Sequence record: PZ229304.1 | DNA from: a phage | Direction: 5' to 3' (one strand) | DNA: 64,000 bases | Part shown: one piece after another, positions 1-9,987 of the stretch | Position numbering within the stretch: the first letter of the stretch is position 1 | Layout of the letters: each line of letters opens with the position of its first letter | Position numbers and translations under genes: made by a program | Notes under the pieces: model-generated | The model's input: only the letters and a program-made list of their open reading frames with translations | What the model was told of the DNA's origin: nothing | Databases searched by the model: none

Positions 1-1077
1 GTTTTGAGATGCTTTGGTATGTCTAATACGGTTAACACGTAGCATATGTGCCTTATACGCCATCTCCATATGTTGTTCCAACAGTTCAGTAAATAAGATG
101 CCCTTTTCACGGGACTCTGCTGCAATGATAGGTAAGTTTAAAGAAACTACGCCTAAGTTGAAACGACCATCATATTTTTCACCTTGCTCTGTTGCATAGT
201 ATGACAAGAAGCTACGGCAACCCATGCTTGTGACGCGACCATCTGAAGATCCTGTAACTTCTTTGTTTAAAGGTACAGAGATAAAATCAGGATAAATGCG
301 TTCAGCACAACACTCCATTGCCAGTTGCTTCAAATCATAGTTTGGATCGCCAGCTTTCATGTTAACACCATCTTCCAAGAAGAAGATAACTTTAGGAAAT
401 ACAGGAGTTACCCTATCTTTCCCTAAGCCTTGTTTGTGCACCATCAGGTAGTTTTTAGTGATCATTCTACCAAAAGCAGAGGTATCCAAACCTAAACTAA
501 TTGTTATAAAAGGTGACTGACCATTTACACTCATTAGGGTGTTCACCTGGTAGATTAAAGTTTGCATTGCATCGTACACCTGTTTATCTACCATACGCAT
601 AGCAATATCATAATCACCAACATCAGCATAGATTTTATTAAAACTTGCTTTAACGTATTGACTAAGCCCAGTATCAATATGTGCACAAGTTTGTCCACCA
701 TATTGGCTAGAAGCTACTGCTTGAATAATTTGAGTTAGGACAGTAGTTGCTACACCGATAGATTTTGGTTTTTCAATATGTGCATTACCAATACGGAAAC
801 CGTTCTCAAGCATATCTTGGTAATTTACCAGGCAACAATTAGTTAAAGGTGAGAGTAAATAATCTAAATCGTGGATGTGACCATACCCACTTTTATGCCA
901 TTCTGCTAAATCTTCCGGTAAAATATGGGTCATTGCCATGTGCTTGCTTAGGATACCTGCTAGTAAATCTCGGTGAGTATTAACAATCATTGCAGGTTTG
1001 TTTGCATTTTCACGAGTAAATTCTTCGGATGTTTGTTCGAGGAATCCGATTACATCCTCATATAGTTTTTGGGTCAT
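1..1077 (-). CDS. nrdD: anaerobic ribonucleoside-triphosphate reductase NrdD, N-terminal portion; C-terminus lies beyond the window start
   Basis: Own translation from ATG at 1077 (GGAGGA upstream): MTQKLYEDVIGFLEQTSEEFTRENANKPAMIVNTHRDLLAGILSKH...GHIHDLDY, matching from memory the E. coli NrdD segment ENANK..QRDLLAGIVAKH..DIHYHDLDY. Not in ORF track because the ORF runs off the window edge. Confidence 0.8.
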   Translation of the reverse strand, partial: MTQKLYEDVIGFLEQTSEEFTRENANKPAMIVNTHRDLLAGILSKHMAMTHILPEDLAEWHKSGYGHIHDLDYLLSPLTNCCLVNYQDMLENGFRIGNAHIEKPKSIGVATTVLTQIIQAVASSQYGGQTCAHIDTGLSQYVKASFNKIYADVGDYDIAMRMVDKQVYDAMQTLIYQVNTLMSVNGQSPFITISLGLDTSAFGRMITKNYLMVHKQGLGKDRVTPVFPKVIFFLEDGVNMKAGDPNYDLKQLAMECCAERIYPDFISVPLNKEVTGSSDGRVTSMGCRSFLSYYATEQGEKYDGRFNLGVVSLNLPIIAAESREKGILFTELLEQHMEMAYKAHMLRVNRIRHTKASQN

Positions 1078-1166
1078 TAATCCTCCGTGGAAAATAAAAG
1101 CCAGCTTAATGCTGGCTTTAGGGTGGATCTTTATTTTAAATCTTTTTCGTAAGATTGTCCTTGATC

Positions 1167-2117
1167 TTAGTCAAGGTTTTTGGTAATACGTGTACAACCG
1201 TCAGAAGTCAAACCGTCAACTTGAGTTTCCCAAGTACCATGAATATTTCGGAACAATGTTGTTACACCTTTTGGTTCATTAATAATGATTGCCATAACAA
1301 GTTTAGGATCGATAACAGACATAATCTTTTCCTCAATACCCTCTGTAATAACATTATTGCGCACAATATTAATTGCATCTTCTTGTACAGTAAGAACACT
1401 TACGTTCTTAAGAGTATATACCTGCTGTGTAGTGTAAATGATACGAACATAACTTACAGAACGAGTAGGCACAGGTTTACGCGGTCGGCGAAAACGTGGT
1501 TTTGGTGAAGATTCAGTTTTACTTTCATCTTTTGAATAATACTCCTCAAACAGTTTAGTAAATGTTTTTACATCAACTACAAACCGATCTTTCCGATATG
1601 GAGAATTCTTATGTGCACCATTAATACCACTGTTTTCATCGAAGAAAGTAATGTTTTCTTCAGTTGAATACATTAGATAATGATCTGCATTTTTCCAATG
1701 TGGTTGTGGACAACGAGGATTACAAACGGAAAGCAGATAATTAATATTTTCTTCCGTGGCCTCAGTATCCAGGAAACACGTATTATGCACAGTCAGTTGT
1801 ACTTTTTCAGCCATATCTTTTTCTTTATCTTCTTTAGCAAGATATTCAGTACGAATAATCTCCAGAAAACCTTCAGGTGTTACTTCCATAAATTTATATT
1901 CAGGATGAAGCTCCATATATTCAAACCCACAACCATCTAACTGCTGTAGGAAGTTAGGGTAGAAGAACAAATCATTAACACTGTGAATCAGATCATTGAT
2001 TTCTGCTTCAGTTGTGTAACCAAAACTCTTGTGAATTGCTTCGTTAAGAATATGCAGGATACCCATCTCTTCTGCTGCTTTTTTAACTTCCAGTTTATTA
2101 GCGTAAAATGCAATCAT
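1167..2117 (-). CDS. hypothetical protein
   Basis: 316-aa track ORF, ATG with GAAGGAGAA RBS; no recognisable motif. Confidence 0.5.
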   Translation of the reverse strand: MIAFYANKLEVKKAAEEMGILHILNEAIHKSFGYTTEAEINDLIHSVNDLFFYPNFLQQLDGCGFEYMELHPEYKFMEVTPEGFLEIIRTEYLAKEDKEKDMAEKVQLTVHNTCFLDTEATEENINYLLSVCNPRCPQPHWKNADHYLMYSTEENITFFDENSGINGAHKNSPYRKDRFVVDVKTFTKLFEEYYSKDESKTESSPKPRFRRPRKPVPTRSVSYVRIIYTTQQVYTLKNVSVLTVQEDAINIVRNNVITEGIEEKIMSVIDPKLVMAIIINEPKGVTTLFRNIHGTWETQVDGLTSDGCTRITKNLD

Positions 2118-2134
2118 TATGTTCTCCTTCTAAA

Positions 2135-2569
2135 TTAGTTTAAAATTTCTTTTGCAATGGTAGAAGCAAGTTTTCCATCATATTGATTCGGATACTCTGC
2201 TTTAAGGTGTTTCATCATATCTGGCATTTTCTTGCCTGTCAAGGCAAATTCTTCAGCAATAGAGCGAAGATCATCTTCAGATAGCATTTCTGGCAAATAT
2301 TTTTCCAGAGTGGTGATATCACGCATAGCTCGCTCACACTTGCTAATGGAGGCATTAACTTTCTTAAGCGAGTCTAGTTCCTCTTTAGCGTGTGCAATAC
2401 CAATCTTAACAATGTTAATCATAATATCGTCTTCTGATTTGTTTAGATTTGCCTTTTGAGTACGAGCAAGGTCAAACTCACCAATAATATTAGTTAACAA
2501 AGCAAAAGCACCCTTGTCGGTTGTACGTGCTAAGATACGATCTGCTTTCATTTGTGTCACAATAGACAT
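2135..2569 (-). CDS. GatB/YqeY-domain protein
   Basis: C-terminal LEKYLPEMLSEDDL..IAEEFALTGKKMPDMMKHLKAEYPNQYDGKLASTIAKEIL resembles the YqeY family pattern (EEYLP..LSEEEL.. then ..GK..V..K). Confidence 0.5.
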   Translation of the reverse strand: MSIVTQMKADRILARTTDKGAFALLTNIIGEFDLARTQKANLNKSEDDIMINIVKIGIAHAKEELDSLKKVNASISKCERAMRDITTLEKYLPEMLSEDDLRSIAEEFALTGKKMPDMMKHLKAEYPNQYDGKLASTIAKEILN

Positions 2570-2581
2570 TCTATTCTCCTC

Positions 2582-3154
2582 TTATTTGCTAATGCTTTGA
2601 ATGTTATTTACAACACGGTTTATTGCCAGTGAAGCCCTAGGCTCTGCAATACCTGTTGCATAGATATAAGGATGACCTCTTGGAGACTCCCTCATACCGA
2701 ATGAACCTAATTCTAAACCATATTCATCCTCTACGTCAACCCCAATATTAGTGGGTACTAAATATGTTTTAACTCCATAATAAGTAGAGAAGAAACAGCG
2801 CATAGCGTTAGCATACTCTTCAATTGTAGCATCAGGGTAGAACTCAATCAACTCCAATTTCAAGAAAATATTAAAATGAGTATCATCTAAATTTTCTTCT
2901 GTACGGTAACATGGTGTTAGTGCCATATACGGATTACCTGCTGCAAATTCAAAACCATCCTTCTCCATTTGCAGGAAAGATTGTTCTGCACTGGCTACAT
3001 AGTATTTACCGTTAGGATGCCCTAATGGGCGATCCTCTTTATTTTCTGGTAGTGTGTACGCCAGTATATCAGCATCCACGAGATATGGAACTTCCAACAT
3101 TTGTGCAAACCGACCATAGTAATCAATAGCTTGAGCTATTACTGCAACATTCAT
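2582..3154 (-). CDS. hypothetical protein
   Basis: 190-aa track ORF in operon context; fold not recognised. Confidence 0.45.
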   Translation of the reverse strand: MNVAVIAQAIDYYGRFAQMLEVPYLVDADILAYTLPENKEDRPLGHPNGKYYVASAEQSFLQMEKDGFEFAAGNPYMALTPCYRTEENLDDTHFNIFLKLELIEFYPDATIEEYANAMRCFFSTYYGVKTYLVPTNIGVDVEDEYGLELGSFGMRESPRGHPYIYATGIAEPRASLAINRVVNNIQSISK

Positions 3155-3402
3155 GATCGACCTCCATTGCGGAATGCACGTTTAGTAATGTTTGACATAG
3201 TGATCAAATCTTGAAGCGTCATATCAGGAAAATGCTGTTCAAGAACACCTTCAACAGCGCCTACAATATCTGATAACTCAATAAGTTGCATCAGTTTGCA
3301 ATCTTGATCAATAGCATCTTGAAGTTCATAAAGCTCTTCTTGAATCTTAGCAACAGAACCATATTCCTCTTTGCTAATCTCCTTCAAATGATACCCTGCC
3401 AC
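3151..3402 (-). CDS. hypothetical protein, possibly MazG/HisE-like nucleotide pyrophosphohydrolase
   Basis: 83-aa ORF, GTG start with AAGGGGG RBS; paired acidic helices (IQEELYELQDAI ... ELSDIVGAVEGVLE) fit the MazG-like pattern only loosely. Confidence 0.3.
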   Translation of the reverse strand: MAGYHLKEISKEEYGSVAKIQEELYELQDAIDQDCKLMQLIELSDIVGAVEGVLEQHFPDMTLQDLITMSNITKRAFRNGGRS

Positions 3403-3412
3403 TTTAACCCCC

Positions 3413-6187
3413 TTAGTTTACCAGTTTATTTATATCTGGTAAAAGATTTATTTCACCTAAAAAATCACCTTCACCTTCCTCTAACCAACTCTCATATGCT
3501 TGTGCATGATTATAGTTACCATCAAAAGAATCTGCAACAAATTTTTCTACAGTTTTTCGAGATGTGTCAGCGCCAAATACACCAAGTTTAATACCATTGA
3601 TCGGTAAAGTGGTACTTGTTGGTACTTTCTCTGTTGCAACACGGTTGATATCTATAATCTCCTGTACGGTTGTGTTCCATTGTAAGCATTTAACACAACG
3701 GGTATGCGCTACATACAGTAGGTTTCGCTCTGCCTCTTCCAGTCCTACCCATTCACCAGTCTTTTTATCATAGTTGGAAGGAAAATCATTAGCAACAATA
3801 ACCTGATCCCACTCCAAACCTTTAGACTTGTGTGCTGTAGTCAGTGTGACTTTTGCTGTAGGAGAATTTCTATGCGTTCTAAGTGTATGTGCTATAGTGT
3901 TTGCCTTACCAGAAACTACGATGTTTAACAAGCGTTTAGCATCTGGATCAGCCTCTGCACACTCAACAAATTCATTCCAGTCTGCGTAAGGTAATACAGT
4001 TTCATGTTTTACTTTCTCAATATCTCCTCTCCGAAGAGCATTAACACTATCTACCATAGAGATAAAATCCCTGGTATCTACGTTAATAATAATTTCTTCC
4101 CCATCTGCAATACGATCCATTGCCTCCATAAGCAAGGTTAAATTCTTGCGAAAGATGATAGTGTAAGGTTTTGTATAGTCTACAACATCTGATTTGTAGC
4201 TACCTACTACAGTATCAAAGCCTTTACCAACCAAAGGGTGACGCAAAGGTTCTTTATCGCTTAAAATCATATTGGCAATGTTTGCCACTTTGGGGCCAAA
4301 ACGGAAGCAAGCAGTTAATGGAAGCTCTGCTCCATACTTAGCTGTTTCAATCATCATATTAGAGCTACCTCTAAATTGATAAATGCAGTTGTGGCTAAGA
4401 ATTTCATTACCAAAGAAGTTAGCAGTATCCTCTACTTCAATATCATAATAGATACCTTCACTATCTACAATGTCCACAATTTCTTCTGCCGTTACAGTAT
4501 CACCATCTTTTACCAACACAGACATGCCTTTAAACAAACCCGCCGCCGGAATTAAAGTATATTTGGCGGTGTTCACAGAGGACATGCATTCTTTTAAAGA
4601 TGCAAACGGCACTATTTCAAGGATCTTTTGTGCAAAACTCAATGCTTCACGATAAGAATTGAAATATTTACGTACACGGTAACGACCTTCCAACTTAGCA
4701 ACACTTACGCTTACACCTGCTTCAATGAGTGAAGCATAGATTGACATTTCACTTTCTGTCCACTCAAAACTAACTTGTGTTCCTTTACAACCTTGTGCTC
4801 GCAAAGTCACTGTTAACATTTTTCTTTCATCTACTGCACAATTGATGCTGTGCCAATGTGGATAAGCAAAATGATAATCTTTATCCTCTAAAAGTTTAAA
4901 ACCGTTTTGTCCGAATTGTTCAAAAATGTTATTGATCCTTTCTTGATTAATGCCGCGTGAACTTGCTTCAAATACACAAGTAGGAATGCCATATTGTAAA
5001 CTGTATGCCATTTCTTTTTCCATAGCAGCTTCACGGTTTTCAACAATATCCAACACCCATAATTTCTGTGCTTTTTCAGAACGTGTACGTTGCCCCAGTT
5101 TAGAAAAACCTTCTTTATCATCGAATTTGTTAGTGATCCCTACTCGGAAACCTAAATCTTTCCTCCACATTAGGTATACCACCATCTGATCATCTTTCAG
5201 AACATAGGATGAAGCCCAAATACGATGGTTATGTGTCATATCTAAAGTTTTACCTGTGGCAGTAATAATATTCCTACCTTTTGTACGTGTAGATAAAGTC
5301 TTATTTGTTACTTTTCTAAATGTAATTTTACCATTAGAATAAGACTCTACCTTATCACCGATTTGTAGGTCTTTCATTGTAACCTGACCATTCTCGGTAT
5401 TAAGTACCGTGTTTTCCGACACACATTGGAATTCATCGCCCACTACCACAATTTGTTTTGCAGATTTAGCATTTCGCAGAATAGACAAGAATGCAGGGTT
5501 AACATCCTGGAATTCATCACCAAAAATAATGTCATAACCAAGGTCAGCACCTGATAATTCAAACAATTTTACATAGGTGTCATGCGTCATCAAAGTATCT
5601 GTGTTAGGATCGATGCGCTCTCGCCACAATTGTTTTGCATACTTAACTACTTCTGTAATTAGTTTGTGTTCGTTAATACCTTTTCTTTTAATATCTGCAA
5701 GATGTACACTAGGAAAATGTTTACGGCTGATAAAAGGATCATCCGAAAATTCAAACTTACCTACGGTTTGCTTGATCATTAAACCAATCATAGCACGAGT
5801 TAACAGTGTTTTCCCTCGTTTATCAATAAGATTATTAATCTTAAATTTCTTTGCTATCTCGCTACCTGTACCTGCAACGTTAACATACTGTCCTTCTGGT
5901 CGTGACAGTTTTGCACGTAAACGATGATCCAGGAATTGATAGCAAATAGAATGCAATGTACGGCATTCTACATTTAGTGGCATCTTACGTCGTGCTTCTT
6001 CTGCCATGCTTTTATTGAAAGCTAAGTAAAGAATGCGATCTTCTGTACTGTTAGCCAGCAAATAAAGTGTTGACGTTTTGCCTGATCCAGATTTAGCTTG
6101 GATAGTTAAAAAGCGATGGTCTGGAAAAGCCTCCTTAATAGCTGTTTGCTCTTCTGTTGGAGTGAAGCTCAACTCTTTCTTAGCCAT
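3413..6187 (-). CDS. UvrD/PcrA-like SF1 DNA helicase interrupted by an in-frame intein
   Basis: Walker A (AKSGSGKTST), motif II (GDEFQDVNP), motif III split as GDEFQ / C-IYQFRGS, motif V (TAHKSKGLEWDQVIV), motif VI (LLYVAHTRC). Start trimmed from TTG at 6226 to ATG at 6187 with RBS. Confidence 0.8.
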   Translation of the reverse strand: MAKKELSFTPTEEQTAIKEAFPDHRFLTIQAKSGSGKTSTLYLLANSTEDRILYLAFNKSMAEEARRKMPLNVECRTLHSICYQFLDHRLRAKLSRPEGQYVNVAGTGSEIAKKFKINNLIDKRGKTLLTRAMIGLMIKQTVGKFEFSDDPFISRKHFPSVHLADIKRKGINEHKLITEVVKYAKQLWRERIDPNTDTLMTHDTYVKLFELSGADLGYDIIFGDEFQDVNPAFLSILRNAKSAKQIVVVGDEFQCVSENTVLNTENGQVTMKDLQIGDKVESYSNGKITFRKVTNKTLSTRTKGRNIITATGKTLDMTHNHRIWASSYVLKDDQMVVYLMWRKDLGFRVGITNKFDDKEGFSKLGQRTRSEKAQKLWVLDIVENREAAMEKEMAYSLQYGIPTCVFEASSRGINQERINNIFEQFGQNGFKLLEDKDYHFAYPHWHSINCAVDERKMLTVTLRAQGCKGTQVSFEWTESEMSIYASLIEAGVSVSVAKLEGRYRVRKYFNSYREALSFAQKILEIVPFASLKECMSSVNTAKYTLIPAAGLFKGMSVLVKDGDTVTAEEIVDIVDSEGIYYDIEVEDTANFFGNEILSHNCIYQFRGSSNMMIETAKYGAELPLTACFRFGPKVANIANMILSDKEPLRHPLVGKGFDTVVGSYKSDVVDYTKPYTIIFRKNLTLLMEAMDRIADGEEIIINVDTRDFISMVDSVNALRRGDIEKVKHETVLPYADWNEFVECAEADPDAKRLLNIVVSGKANTIAHTLRTHRNSPTAKVTLTTAHKSKGLEWDQVIVANDFPSNYDKKTGEWVGLEEAERNLLYVAHTRCVKCLQWNTTVQEIIDINRVATEKVPTSTTLPINGIKLGVFGADTSRKTVEKFVADSFDGNYNHAQAYESWLEEGEGDFLGEINLLPDINKLVN
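4388..5425 (-). mobile_element. intein (346 aa) inside helicase motif III; central domain may be a homing endonuclease of unidentified type
   Basis: N-terminal Cys (codon aca at 5423-5425 on plus, TGT on minus), block B-like TxxH (MTHNH), C-terminal YDIEVEDTANFFGNEILSHN followed by +1 Cys (4385-4387); removing it restores the canonical motif III GDEFQ-CIYQFRG. Confidence 0.7.
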
Positions 6188-6188
6188 T

Positions 6189-6665
6189 TCAACCTCTCTT
6201 AATTTGTTTAACAAGCATAGGAACAAAGTCTCGTTTTAAAATTTGTTCAATAATATGATCAGGTAGCTGTTGGAAATTATAATTAAAAGCTACTGTCTCA
6301 CCTTTAGGTGTTTCTACCCGCACATATAACATGTTACGAAGTTTATCCACTTGTGCTGTATATTCTAAACCATGTAATTGATGCATTGCAAACATCAAAT
6401 CATCAGTTTCAGTTTGGAATCTATCCCTTCCCTGCATCAAGGACAAGGAAAAAGGTAGATTTTCCCTAAGAGCCACCTTCTTAGGCACTAGTGAAGGGAA
6501 ATACTCCCCAATAACTGCCTGTGTAAGCTGAATACACTCTTTTTCAAGCTGGTTTTGTTCCTTGAGTTCACAAACACTCTTTTGTAAAGTGTTAACCTCT
6601 TTTTGCAAAGCTGCTAGTTGAGCACTTAACTTTCTTTTTTGATTACGACCAAAACGTTTAGACAT
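6189..6665 (-). CDS. hypothetical protein
   Basis: 158-aa track ORF, ATG start. Confidence 0.45.
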   Translation of the reverse strand: MSKRFGRNQKRKLSAQLAALQKEVNTLQKSVCELKEQNQLEKECIQLTQAVIGEYFPSLVPKKVALRENLPFSLSLMQGRDRFQTETDDLMFAMHQLHGLEYTAQVDKLRNMLYVRVETPKGETVAFNYNFQQLPDHIIEQILKRDFVPMLVKQIKRG

Positions 6666-6673
6666 ATTTCCCC

Positions 6674-7189
6674 CTAGTAAAACCCTTTAACAATTTGTAT
6701 TAACTCGGCACAACGGTTGACCAACTTTTCATCGTACAATACACGTTGTGGCATATTTTGTATAATATACTCCATTTGCTCATGCCATGTCCACTTTTCT
6801 TTTTTGTCCGGGATAACATCACTAGCACGAGAATTATCTTTTAATGTTTGTATAATCCAATTACTTGGAAAGTGCTCTCCACCTTTCTTAAATGGTTTAT
6901 AGTGGCCTAGAGTGAATTGAGAATCCCCTGTTAGAGCACCCAATTTATTTAGATGGATAATCAAACTACGAAACACATAATATTCATAGATGTTATCCAC
7001 CGTATAGCAAGCATAATATTTCAAGATGCCCTTATCTCGCGGATACTTACCAACATCCAGATTGCACCAGTTGACATTTTCTGGGTCATAGTGGTGTTCC
7101 TTAAGCCATATTTCTCTTTCATCAAAGTCTGGATATATTACCGCCCTGCTTACAGAGTCAACAAGTTGAGATTGAGCATCAAAAAACAT
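6674..7189 (-). CDS. hypothetical protein
   Basis: 171-aa track ORF, ATG start. Confidence 0.45.
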   Translation of the reverse strand: MFFDAQSQLVDSVSRAVIYPDFDEREIWLKEHHYDPENVNWCNLDVGKYPRDKGILKYYACYTVDNIYEYYVFRSLIIHLNKLGALTGDSQFTLGHYKPFKKGGEHFPSNWIIQTLKDNSRASDVIPDKKEKWTWHEQMEYIIQNMPQRVLYDEKLVNRCAELIQIVKGFY

Positions 7190-7210
7190 TATATTTTCCT
7201 TATTGGTTTG

Positions 7211-7576
7211 TTAAACGTTTTCTAAATCTTTTAAGGCATTACCCAACGTTAAAACAATAACATCGTTTGCTGCCTCTTCCCCATTGATATTGGTGAAATT
7301 TGGTGTGACAAAAGTAACCATATAAAACTCGTCCACCTGGAAGATAGCAATAACACCATCCATCTTAACATCTTGACGAAAGGAAAAACCAATCATCTTC
7401 TCTTGCAAAGGCATATCCCCTTCCTTCATTACCGCTAGGGAGTTTTCAGGAATGTTATATTTATCTGCTCCTATGTAGATGTACGTAATGTTATCTTTAT
7501 CGTGATGATACAGGGTTGCTTTTTCCATATCTAAACCTGACAAATCAAATACGTTAATTTCTTGTGTAGTCTTCAT
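7211..7576 (-). CDS. hypothetical protein
   Basis: Track ORF trimmed to ATG at 7576 (GGGAGGA RBS). Confidence 0.4.
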   Translation of the reverse strand: MKTTQEINVFDLSGLDMEKATLYHHDKDNITYIYIGADKYNIPENSLAVMKEGDMPLQEKMIGFSFRQDVKMDGVIAIFQVDEFYMVTFVTPNFTNINGEEAANDVIVLTLGNALKDLENV

Positions 7577-7940
7577 AAATATCCTCCCAAATCCAATAAT
7601 CATCTGTGTAAGTAGGATGCCTTTTATCCCACTCTGTTCTAGCCCAAGCAACCGCTGCTACCAACACATCACCATGACAAGGTTGAGGTGAGCAGAAGCA
7701 AACTAAGTCTTTCCCTTCTAATTCTAACAAATCCTCAAGAGTGATTTTACCACAACGAATTTGTTCCCACAACCACTCTTTATATCTTTGTATAGTTGAT
7801 CCTCGTGGTTCGTCATCCTTTAACTTAAAAGGATTTGCAAACTTTGAGGCTTTTAACCCCATATGAGGCATAGCTCTGCCAATGTACACTGCACCTTCAG
7901 GTATTACTTTACCTAAGTGGTAAAAATTTAATACTTTCAT
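7554..7940 (-). CDS. DUF4326-like phage protein
   Basis: LVCFCSPQPCHGDVL motif typical of the DUF4326 family; trimmed from TTG at 7964 to ATG at 7940. Confidence 0.5.
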   Translation of the reverse strand: MKVLNFYHLGKVIPEGAVYIGRAMPHMGLKASKFANPFKLKDDEPRGSTIQRYKEWLWEQIRCGKITLEDLLELEGKDLVCFCSPQPCHGDVLVAAVAWARTEWDKRHPTYTDDYWIWEDIYEDYTRN

Positions 7941-7941
7941 A

Positions 7942-8292
7942 TTAACCCAAACACATCTGTGCAATCAAGCCCTGTATAAATTTATTAGCTTCTTTACTGT
8001 CGTAGTCAGTCTCTTCTGGATATCCATCTTCATCGTACACAACTGTACCTTCAATATACCCTGCCTCAATTAAGGCGCGGATCATATCAAATTGCCAGCA
8101 TGAGTTACCAAATGGACGTTTACCATTAAAACACTCTTCTTCTCTCCATAACGTAGAGAGTAGTTGTCGGAAATATTCCCGTACAGTGACAGTACCAAGA
8201 TCTGAATCCTCAAACATAACATCCAGGGCATCAGGATTGCTTTTCTCTACATAAGGAATATATTTAACACCATTAATAGTTACATCAAGCAT
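7942..8292 (-). CDS. hypothetical protein
   Basis: 116-aa track ORF, ATG start. Confidence 0.45.
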   Translation of the reverse strand: MLDVTINGVKYIPYVEKSNPDALDVMFEDSDLGTVTVREYFRQLLSTLWREEECFNGKRPFGNSCWQFDMIRALIEAGYIEGTVVYDEDGYPEETDYDSKEANKFIQGLIAQMCLG

Positions 8293-8655
8293 TTATTTCT
8301 CCTTATCATCATATTCTAGGAACATATCTGCACGATATGCTTTACGCTCTTCAAACTTAGCAGGATCTACAACAATAAGCAATACAAGGTTAACATCTAA
8401 ATACTTCTTAACAAATAGAAATAAATCTTTTCCACAGTTAAAACCTATACCAGTATAGGCATCCCCATATTGATCTACTGATTTAATCTTCTTACTAACC
8501 GTACATTCTATGCTATTCTTTTCTTCTTGGTATAAGGCTTTCCCACCCCAATATGTAAAGAATTTAGTACCGTCAGCACCAAGTTTAAAACCCTCTGTTG
8601 CATGTCCCGCAAATGAAAGTAAACATAACCAAGTGATCATCAGGTACTTTAGCAT
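8293..8655 (-). CDS. secreted protein with N-terminal signal peptide
   Basis: Trimmed to ATG at 8655; N-terminus MLKYLMITWLCLLSFAGHATEG is signal-peptide-like. Confidence 0.4.
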   Translation of the reverse strand: MLKYLMITWLCLLSFAGHATEGFKLGADGTKFFTYWGGKALYQEEKNSIECTVSKKIKSVDQYGDAYTGIGFNCGKDLFLFVKKYLDVNLVLLIVVDPAKFEERKAYRADMFLEYDDKEK

Positions 8656-8656
8656 T

Positions 8657-9139
8657 TTAACCACCCAATTGCAAATGTTTAGAAAGAACAATATCCCACT
8701 GATCACCACAACCATTATCTATGCGGAACATAATGTACGTATCATCTTCTTCTACGACATACAATACCTCATAGGAATTACAACAACCTTCCCAATTTTT
8801 AACAGCCTCTGGTGTATCATGTGTAAAAATTTCATTACCATCATATGACCAAAACAAAGGGGTGAGGTTTTCGAACGTCAGTGAAGTAGGATTTACTTCA
8901 TCTTTAACTGCTTCCTCATATTCTTTATGCGTTTGTACTGCTTTAGTTAGTGTACTCATGTCTATCTCCTTTTCTCCTTCTTGACTATGGAGGATAGCAA
9001 ACTCTCTAAACTCCACTTCACGCCATGTTTTCAGGTAGTGCTTTATAATTTTATCAACATCTGCCTGTTCAACATTACTTTTCAAGCAATAGTAATCATG
9101 GTCTTCGCCCATTCTACCCCATATGCTATACATTGCCAT
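8657..9139 (-). CDS. hypothetical protein
   Basis: 160-aa track ORF, ATG start. Confidence 0.45.
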   Translation of the reverse strand: MAMYSIWGRMGEDHDYYCLKSNVEQADVDKIIKHYLKTWREVEFREFAILHSQEGEKEIDMSTLTKAVQTHKEYEEAVKDEVNPTSLTFENLTPLFWSYDGNEIFTHDTPEAVKNWEGCCNSYEVLYVVEEDDTYIMFRIDNGCGDQWDIVLSKHLQLGG

Positions 9140-9407
9140 CTGATTGATCCTTTACATTGTTCTTGGCATACACAGGAATAACATCGTCGTGATCTTTATT
9201 ACTTTCATCTGTTAAAGCCCAAAACAATTTACCTGCTGGATGTTTAAAGATGTAGGCAATAGGTTCCTCTTCCTGTGCTTCTTTGCTACGGATACCATCC
9301 CGCCAGGCAAGCCAAGTGTAGATCATCACTTCTTGACGTTCTTCTTCGTTAGGCCACATATGTGGTGGAAAGTTTTTATCAAACCATTGCTTAAATTCTT
9401 CGGTCAT
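9126..9407 (-). CDS. hypothetical protein
   Basis: 93-aa track ORF; AAGGAG RBS upstream of ATG at 9407. Confidence 0.45.
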   Translation of the reverse strand: MTEEFKQWFDKNFPPHMWPNEEERQEVMIYTWLAWRDGIRSKEAQEEEPIAYIFKHPAGKLFWALTDESNKDHDDVIPVYAKNNVKDQSDGNV

Positions 9408-9417
9408 AATCTACTCC

Positions 9418-9582
9418 TTAGCGTACAAAGTCAACTTCTGCTTCTTTCAGCTTTGACACTTCTACATAACCACCATGATCATCTTTAATCCATTCTTTTC
9501 CTTTACGGATGATAACAGGATATGTAGAGTGAGTAAGTTTAGGTACAGATCTTTTTGTTTTAGTGATAGAAATGTTTTGCAT
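9418..9582 (-). CDS. small hypothetical protein (54 aa)
   Basis: Own translation; ATG at 9582 with AGGAG RBS; below track size cut-off. Confidence 0.3.
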   Translation of the reverse strand: MQNISITKTKRSVPKLTHSTYPVIIRKGKEWIKDDHGGYVEVSKLKEAEVDFVR

Positions 9583-9642
9583 AGTAGTCTCCTTAGTAAA
9601 TTTTACATAGAGTCTAGATTATTTAGTAGATAGAGTCAATAA

Positions 9643-9909
9643 CTAATTACTGTTAGATCTGTATTCTGTCTTCCATTCGCAATGGTAAACTTCAACAGGT
9701 TCTAACTTCCAATGTTCAGGAACTAATTCAGGACAATATCTACAAAAGAGAAATAGATAGATAACTAAGACAGGTATTAAATAGTAAAATGGTATACGAT
9801 CATAACCATACTTACGAGATAACATGTAGACATAGAGATAGGGTATAACAATTAATCCTATAACTATAAGTAAGAAGAGAAGTATAAACCTTAGTGTAGT
9901 AACATCCAT
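9643..9909 (-). CDS. small membrane protein (two predicted TM helices)
   Basis: Hydrophobic stretches FILLFLLIVIGLIVIPYLYVYML and YYLIPVLVIYLFLF. Confidence 0.45.
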   Translation of the reverse strand: MDVTTLRFILLFLLIVIGLIVIPYLYVYMLSRKYGYDRIPFYYLIPVLVIYLFLFCRYCPELVPEHWKLEPVEVYHCEWKTEYRSNSN

Positions 9910-9987
9910 AGTATTCTCCTATACAGTAATATACTCTGTTCCTGCCCCTCCATGAGTGACAGGAACAATATCTATAGAGAATACTAA

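Noticed and set aside
1155-1508. Antisense shadow ORFs inside long genes (e.g. 1155-1508, 3564-3773, 4950-5189, 5577-5927, 19575-19991, 43681-43935, 52783-53058, 60247-60450)
   Set aside because: Each lies fully within a stronger, motif-bearing ORF on the opposite strand and lacks its own RBS.
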